Shown: in pieces, positions 58,963 to 64,000 of the stretch
How positions within the stretch are numbered: the stretch's first letter is position 1
How the letters are laid out: each line of letters begins with the position of its first letter
Assembly (NCBI GenBank): GCA_030704615.1
Contig: CM060732.1
Location: 57,536,001 to 57,600,000, forward strand
Direction: 5' to 3'
DNA: 64,000 nt
From: Takakia lepidozioides
Lineage: Eukaryota > Plantae > Bryophyta
Notes under the pieces: generated by a model
Databases searched by the model: none
Seen by the model: the letters and a program-made list of their open reading frames with translations, nothing else
What the model was told of the DNA's origin: nothing
Program-made: the position numbers and the translations under genes

Positions 58963-60577
58963 GTGAGAAGTCAAACTTTCGTAGACTCGCTTTCAGTTCC
59001 AGGATTGTAAGGTTCTAGAACGATGATCTCAAAGATAACCTCCCCTCTTGTGGATTTTTCGCGACATGACCCTGGAAACCCTGAATTCTGAGAACACTCC
59101 TAAATCACTTATTCGCCTTTCTCTCTCTGCCAGGAGGCTCTGTAATTTGGGTACCTAAGTACATCCTCAATAGATTCTGATGGTAATCAGTAGACATAAA
59201 AGAGCGTGCACTCAATGAACGCTTCTCAACCTTCCGTTCTTGCTGCACTAGGCACTCTAAGTAGTCGGTCAAGATCCCACATTACACTGTCTCTCTTTGT
59301 TGACGTCTGCGACTGCCTCGAGGCGCTTTCTCTCTCATCCCCCCTCTCTCTCGGTTGTTGGTTGATGACAGTTCCTCTTTCTCTCCCTGACTCCCTTTTA
59401 TCTCCTCACCTGAGAATATTCCACAAGTCCACTAGAAGATGGAGATTCCTAGCTCCTGTTCTTGCCGCTCTTCAGACTGCGCAATCTCTGCCAGCGGAGC
59501 CCAAGTCAAAACCCGCAAAACTCCCGGAAAACCACCGACTCTCCTTCTCTTTTATCATCTCTATGTGTTTGAAATTTTTTAATCAGTCTAGACAGCCTCA
59601 GTTTAGGCTGGGCCGCCGCCAATAGTACCGGATGTCTGTCAGGGCTAGATAGCACAGGTTCCTGCGGAATTTTATCCATGGAGACAACTGTCAGATTTAC
59701 CTCCCGCAAATGCTTCTTATGAATTATGAACCCATCCGAGGAAGCGGCACAAACATATCGCCCATACAAATCATGCGCTACAGTTACCTAATAACTTGCA
59801 ATAACAAATTTGGAGCCTGCATGTAGTACAGTTACGTAACAACCTTGGAGTCGGGACATAATGTTGCAGACTGCGGTTCCAGAAGATGAGAATTTACTGC
59901 AGAGCTCAACAAAGGAGTCGAGTCGCTGATGAACATTCGCACGTCCATTTTGAACACTCGTGCGGTGCCTGTGATTCCGCCGCCCATTAGGCTGTCGACA
60001 TTTCTTCTTCTGACTTCGACGAGAGGAGCTCCTAGAATCTAGACTGCTTCTACGAGCATTCCTGGGAGACAAGTCGCTTAAATGGTTTCTTTGAACTTTT
60101 ATGTGTCCATATCCATATACGAGTTTTGGCTTTCATGAAGTAATCATTCCTCCTGCGAGGAGAATTCTTGTATGAATGCATGGCAAATAGAACAACATGT
60201 TCCAACTTCGCATTCAATCTCGTATCTCAGTTCTGACTTCATCTCAGTTGGGTGATCATTCCCTCCCTTCTCAGTTAAATGTTCTTCTTTTACTGAAATA
60301 TAAATAAGTGGATGGAAATATTCAATTTACATCCAATAACAGAGGAAGATTCACTTAACCCCAAGGGTTACTATTTTTCGTTTATTTTTAACTACTTTTC
60401 ATTTGGACGCCTTTCAACGGCCATAACCAGGACAACCCACTTCATCCCAAGGGCTACAGTTTTCAATTTTCAATTTGGAAGGTTTAGCAGATGCCTAACT
60501 CTCCCTAAGAAGGGTTGTCCAGTTACCCTCTTTTACAGTGGGGTTCATCATAATGGGTTACTTCTAATACACACCCA

Positions 60578-60636
60578 TGTGGCTTTGAACCCACGACCAC
60601 TTGTAAGGCAATCTTGTGCTCTAACCACTGGGGCCA
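60578..60636 (-). mobile_element. tRNA-derived SINE head / tRNA pseudogene
   Basis: Minus strand TGGCCCAGTGGTTAGAGC (A box) ... GGGTTCAAAGCC (B box); no complete cloverleaf. Confidence 0.5.
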
Positions 60637-63600
60637 TCTTCTGGATGTTCAAAATAACTAATAACACACCTATATGACTTTCAAGAGACTAATCATTCCT
60701 TCCTTCCTTCCTTCCTCCCAGTCTTTCCATGAATAAATGTATGAGTGAACGAATAGTATTTAGAGACACCCAAGAACTGAACCACAAGCTAAGTAGGTAG
60801 TAAAAACATAACACTATGGAAAAAACACCCTCACAACTTGTTTTCCTTGCGGTACGTATTATTTTCTGTCATCCCTCGATTAGAGTTTGTTCTAACATGA
60901 ACGTTGAATCTACATCAAGAAAGTAAATCGATGGGTGAGGTAACATTGGGAAAACGAAAGGAGAGGAGAAAGGAATTTGAAATTTAGCAGGCAGGTGGCG
61001 CGGACAAAACTCTTACATGGAGTTTGCCAGCGGCTTTTCGAATACAATAAGGACACGATAAGTAGTTCTAATTAAGAGATTGGGATGTTGTGGGCCCGGT
61101 GAGTATGGAAGTGCACGTTTGGGTGTTCATGTCAGAGACCTTTTATTGAGCAAGCTTTCTTAGAATCCACTATTTCCCCAAATTTTCTTGGGCGGTGCAG
61201 GTGATTTGCCGGCTAATTCAAGGCAAGAGAATCTAGAACGAGGGTCAGGGCAGTAGTGCTAATTTTGGCGTATTAAAGTACCGATCAGCACTATGGACTC
61301 ATGGTTTTCACCTGGACGTGAAATACTAGTCGCTTGTTCAGTGATCCTGGCCTTGAATCTATACTATCCCGCGGTGGATTCAAGCCTAGGGGGGGGGGCT
61401 GAATAACATTGTTACTGTATATCATGAATTTGAGTCATTTCAGTCACGTAGAGACATGGATCTAACAGCGACTCAAGTAGGTTTTAAGGGGTCCTTCTCT
61501 TTCCGTATATAGAGAATGATAGAATCTGATCATCGACCTTCAGAAGAACCACACTGAGGTGAAGTACGCAAGATTGCGGGCCAGTTTACAGTGTGATGAG
61601 ATGACTGTAGTAAGGTACAATGAGGACCGTACAATGTCAGGCAAGCAGAAGGACGATAGGTCTGTCAGCTCGTGGGCTTGTCTTATGCTGCCTTGTTTAG
61701 TCCTTGGGGTTTGAGCCTTTAGAGCCATTGTCCTCAAGCTGCCATGGCCTCTTTCTCTCCCCATTTGCGTTGCCAAGTCCCTCTTCGTAATGTGGGTCCC
61801 AGACCAGGGAGTTCCTCCTATTCTTCCCGGAGGTGCCAGGCCAAGGAGATTCATCAGTCTTCGCTCATGAGGGACTCGGGAGGCATGACGTATCGGGCAT
61901 TTTGAGGTACTCAAAATGAGTCTTCTGACGTACTGCAGAAATTCCTATTTTTGTGAGGATGTGACACGAGAACCTCCTTTCATTGCAACGGAGATTATGT
62001 AGTGCAAGCTTGCTAAATACAGCATACTGGGGCTACAGCCCACTGTGTGGGTCTGTGACGTGCAAAGCAAGACCTCAACTTACAGCAGCCAAGTTGCTAA
62101 ATTGGAATATTAGGTACGAGCCCGGCGACTGCTATTACTGATCATGCCTCCTCTACCTGCAGTGGAGTGCTTTGTTGTGACAAACTTACACAGGAGTGCA
62201 TCGATCCGAGAGCCACCCTCGCTGTTGTGGATCGCCCACATGCAGCTCGTTGAATGCATAGGTTTGGAAAACACATCTTCATCTTGATTACTGGAGATGT
62301 GTTTCATTCAAGGCCGATATAACTAATTAAGTGTATTATTCAAGTTACTAATCATCAAGAGGCTGTCGAGAAGACCAAGCTTGGATTTTATGATCTCATA
62401 ACAACTTAAATAACATGCCTAAACTAGCTGAGTTTTACTAGCCCTTCCCAAATTTAGAAGTCACAGACGTCCAGCGAAGATTAAACGGATGTCCTGTTCG
62501 CTTATACCACCCCACGCTCAGACATTCTGGAATAGAGTTCAAGATTACTTCGTTCAATTGGTCAACATTTCTCTTCACGAAAAGACTATCTGCATACGGA
62601 AAATAGGGTATGTAGCATACAACTTGTTACCACCCACTCTGTAATCACAGCTATATTGCAGTGCCATGTTCCTTCACAGTAGGTTTGAGGGGGCCACCAC
62701 ATGCCCTCTACAACTCTTCCATCGAAGCACAATATTAGTCGTGTACAATTGGCTTGGGACACTGGACTTCGTCAACATAATTAGCGCCAGGGAGAGAGGG
62801 AAGGAGTAGATTAAAGAAGAAAGTATTGACATGCTCCGTGAGCCATGATAGGAAAATTCTGCAATGAAATGAACGTGAAAAATGCCGCCACTACACTCTC
62901 CTGTACACAAAAATGGAAGGAAACGAAGATCGGTTGCATGTGGTTTCATGCAAAATAGCGTGCAAGCAACACTTACAGCACACCGTATGCTCTGTTCCCC
63001 GCCGAGCAATCCAACACGTTAGCTGTCGTTAGAGCGAGTGTGCGAGCTCGTGCGTTGCATTATCCCACAATGTTTGCCCGTGCATTTCACAGCCCTGCCT
63101 CCCCTTGATGGAGCGACGAAGATGCAACGGACCTGGGACGGACTGAAATGGGATTTCTGTCCTCCTTAACTGTCTTGGATAGATCGAATCTGACGGATTG
63201 ATGGAATTGACGGCTAGAAATCTCCGGTTCTGAGGGAGTGTTCTAAGTAACATTATTTCTTGACCATGGTCAGGTGTGGGTGATCAAGGGGGTCGGTTAT
63301 ACAACAATCATGTAATTCATGCCTCAATAGAAAATGGGTTGTCTCAGCCTGGGGAGAATTTCGACATTCATCATTTCCAATCCATCCGGAGCAGCAGAAG
63401 ACCTAGAGGACCAGAGAGCATTAGTAACATGCAGGAAATGTGTCTTGGCATGGCTTTGTCCTCAAGTCCTTCCATTCATTCCATCAGAAATATCCTAAGA
63501 GGGTTTTAAACGAGGAGTGAAATTCCGGAATGAATGAGGGACTGTATAATATTACACCTTGGATAGGGCAGGATTCGACCACGCAGAAACAATCAAGCAG

Positions 63601-64000
63601 CCTTCAAAGCACTATGTACACTCCAAACTTTGCCGCTGTAGATTGAGGAATGGAAAATGCAATGAGTTTCATCACAGCCTCTTCACCGCGAATGAAGTAT
63701 GGTTAAGCTTATGGTTGGACGGGAAATTGTAACCATTTCTAGTCATTTTTCCTCTCTCAAACACTCTCTTCAAGAGGCGTGACATTTCGCGGATCTGTGT
63801 TCCTTTGAGCAGACAAGTGACTTCAATTCTTCTTAGCCGTGAATCAGATGACAAAGATCTCACTATGTATGCACTAAAATTCAGAAAGCAACAAAACGTG
63901 AGATGTACATACTCTGCATCTGCAAATCAGAAGGGCACGAAGTGTTTGCTATTTGACGAATGGGACAAATGGTTCTCGTTTAGGCCTGAGCCCTCATTCA

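Noticed and set aside
59000-64000. Short ORFs upstream of the C2H2 gene
   Set aside because: No recognisable domains or splice-consistent structure; probably 5' UTR/promoter and intergenic DNA

Overview
Nuclear DNA of a non-seed land plant, most consistent with a bryophyte/moss (spliceosomal GT-AG introns, PLS-class PPR-DYW genes, moss-like histone H1; the taxon is inferred, not proven). There are four apparently intact genes: an F-box/kelch-like protein, a 3-exon saccharopine dehydrogenase-like oxidoreductase, a 2-exon histone H1 and a 3-exon four-finger C2H2 transcription factor. They sit among decayed PPR genes and nested transposons: a Copia remnant with its LTR, three related non-chromovirus Gypsy elements, L1-type LINE pieces, an RNase H + restriction-like-endonuclease LINE, MITEs and SINE heads. 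Four observations stand out. (1) A PLS-PPR-E-DYW RNA-editing-factor gene (12.0-15.8 kb, pseudogenised here) has spliced 5' exons encoding two tandem OSB-type 'PDF' ssDNA-binding motifs (W..F..PSQWWDNR..K|.HPRG.DFKHK....LW.D.....WV), i.e. an ssDNA-binding + RNA-binding + cytidine-deaminase architecture. (2) A 7,249-bp non-autonomous CACTA element (12-bp TIRs, ATA target-site duplication) has captured and multiplied these PDF/PPR exons plus a UDP-glycosyltransferase fragment. (3) Removing that CACTA restores an in-frame RNase H domain of a Dualen/RandI-like LINE. (4) The Gypsy element carries extra ORFs: a conserved upstream ORF, a ~600-codon antisense ORF and a 3' sense ORF.
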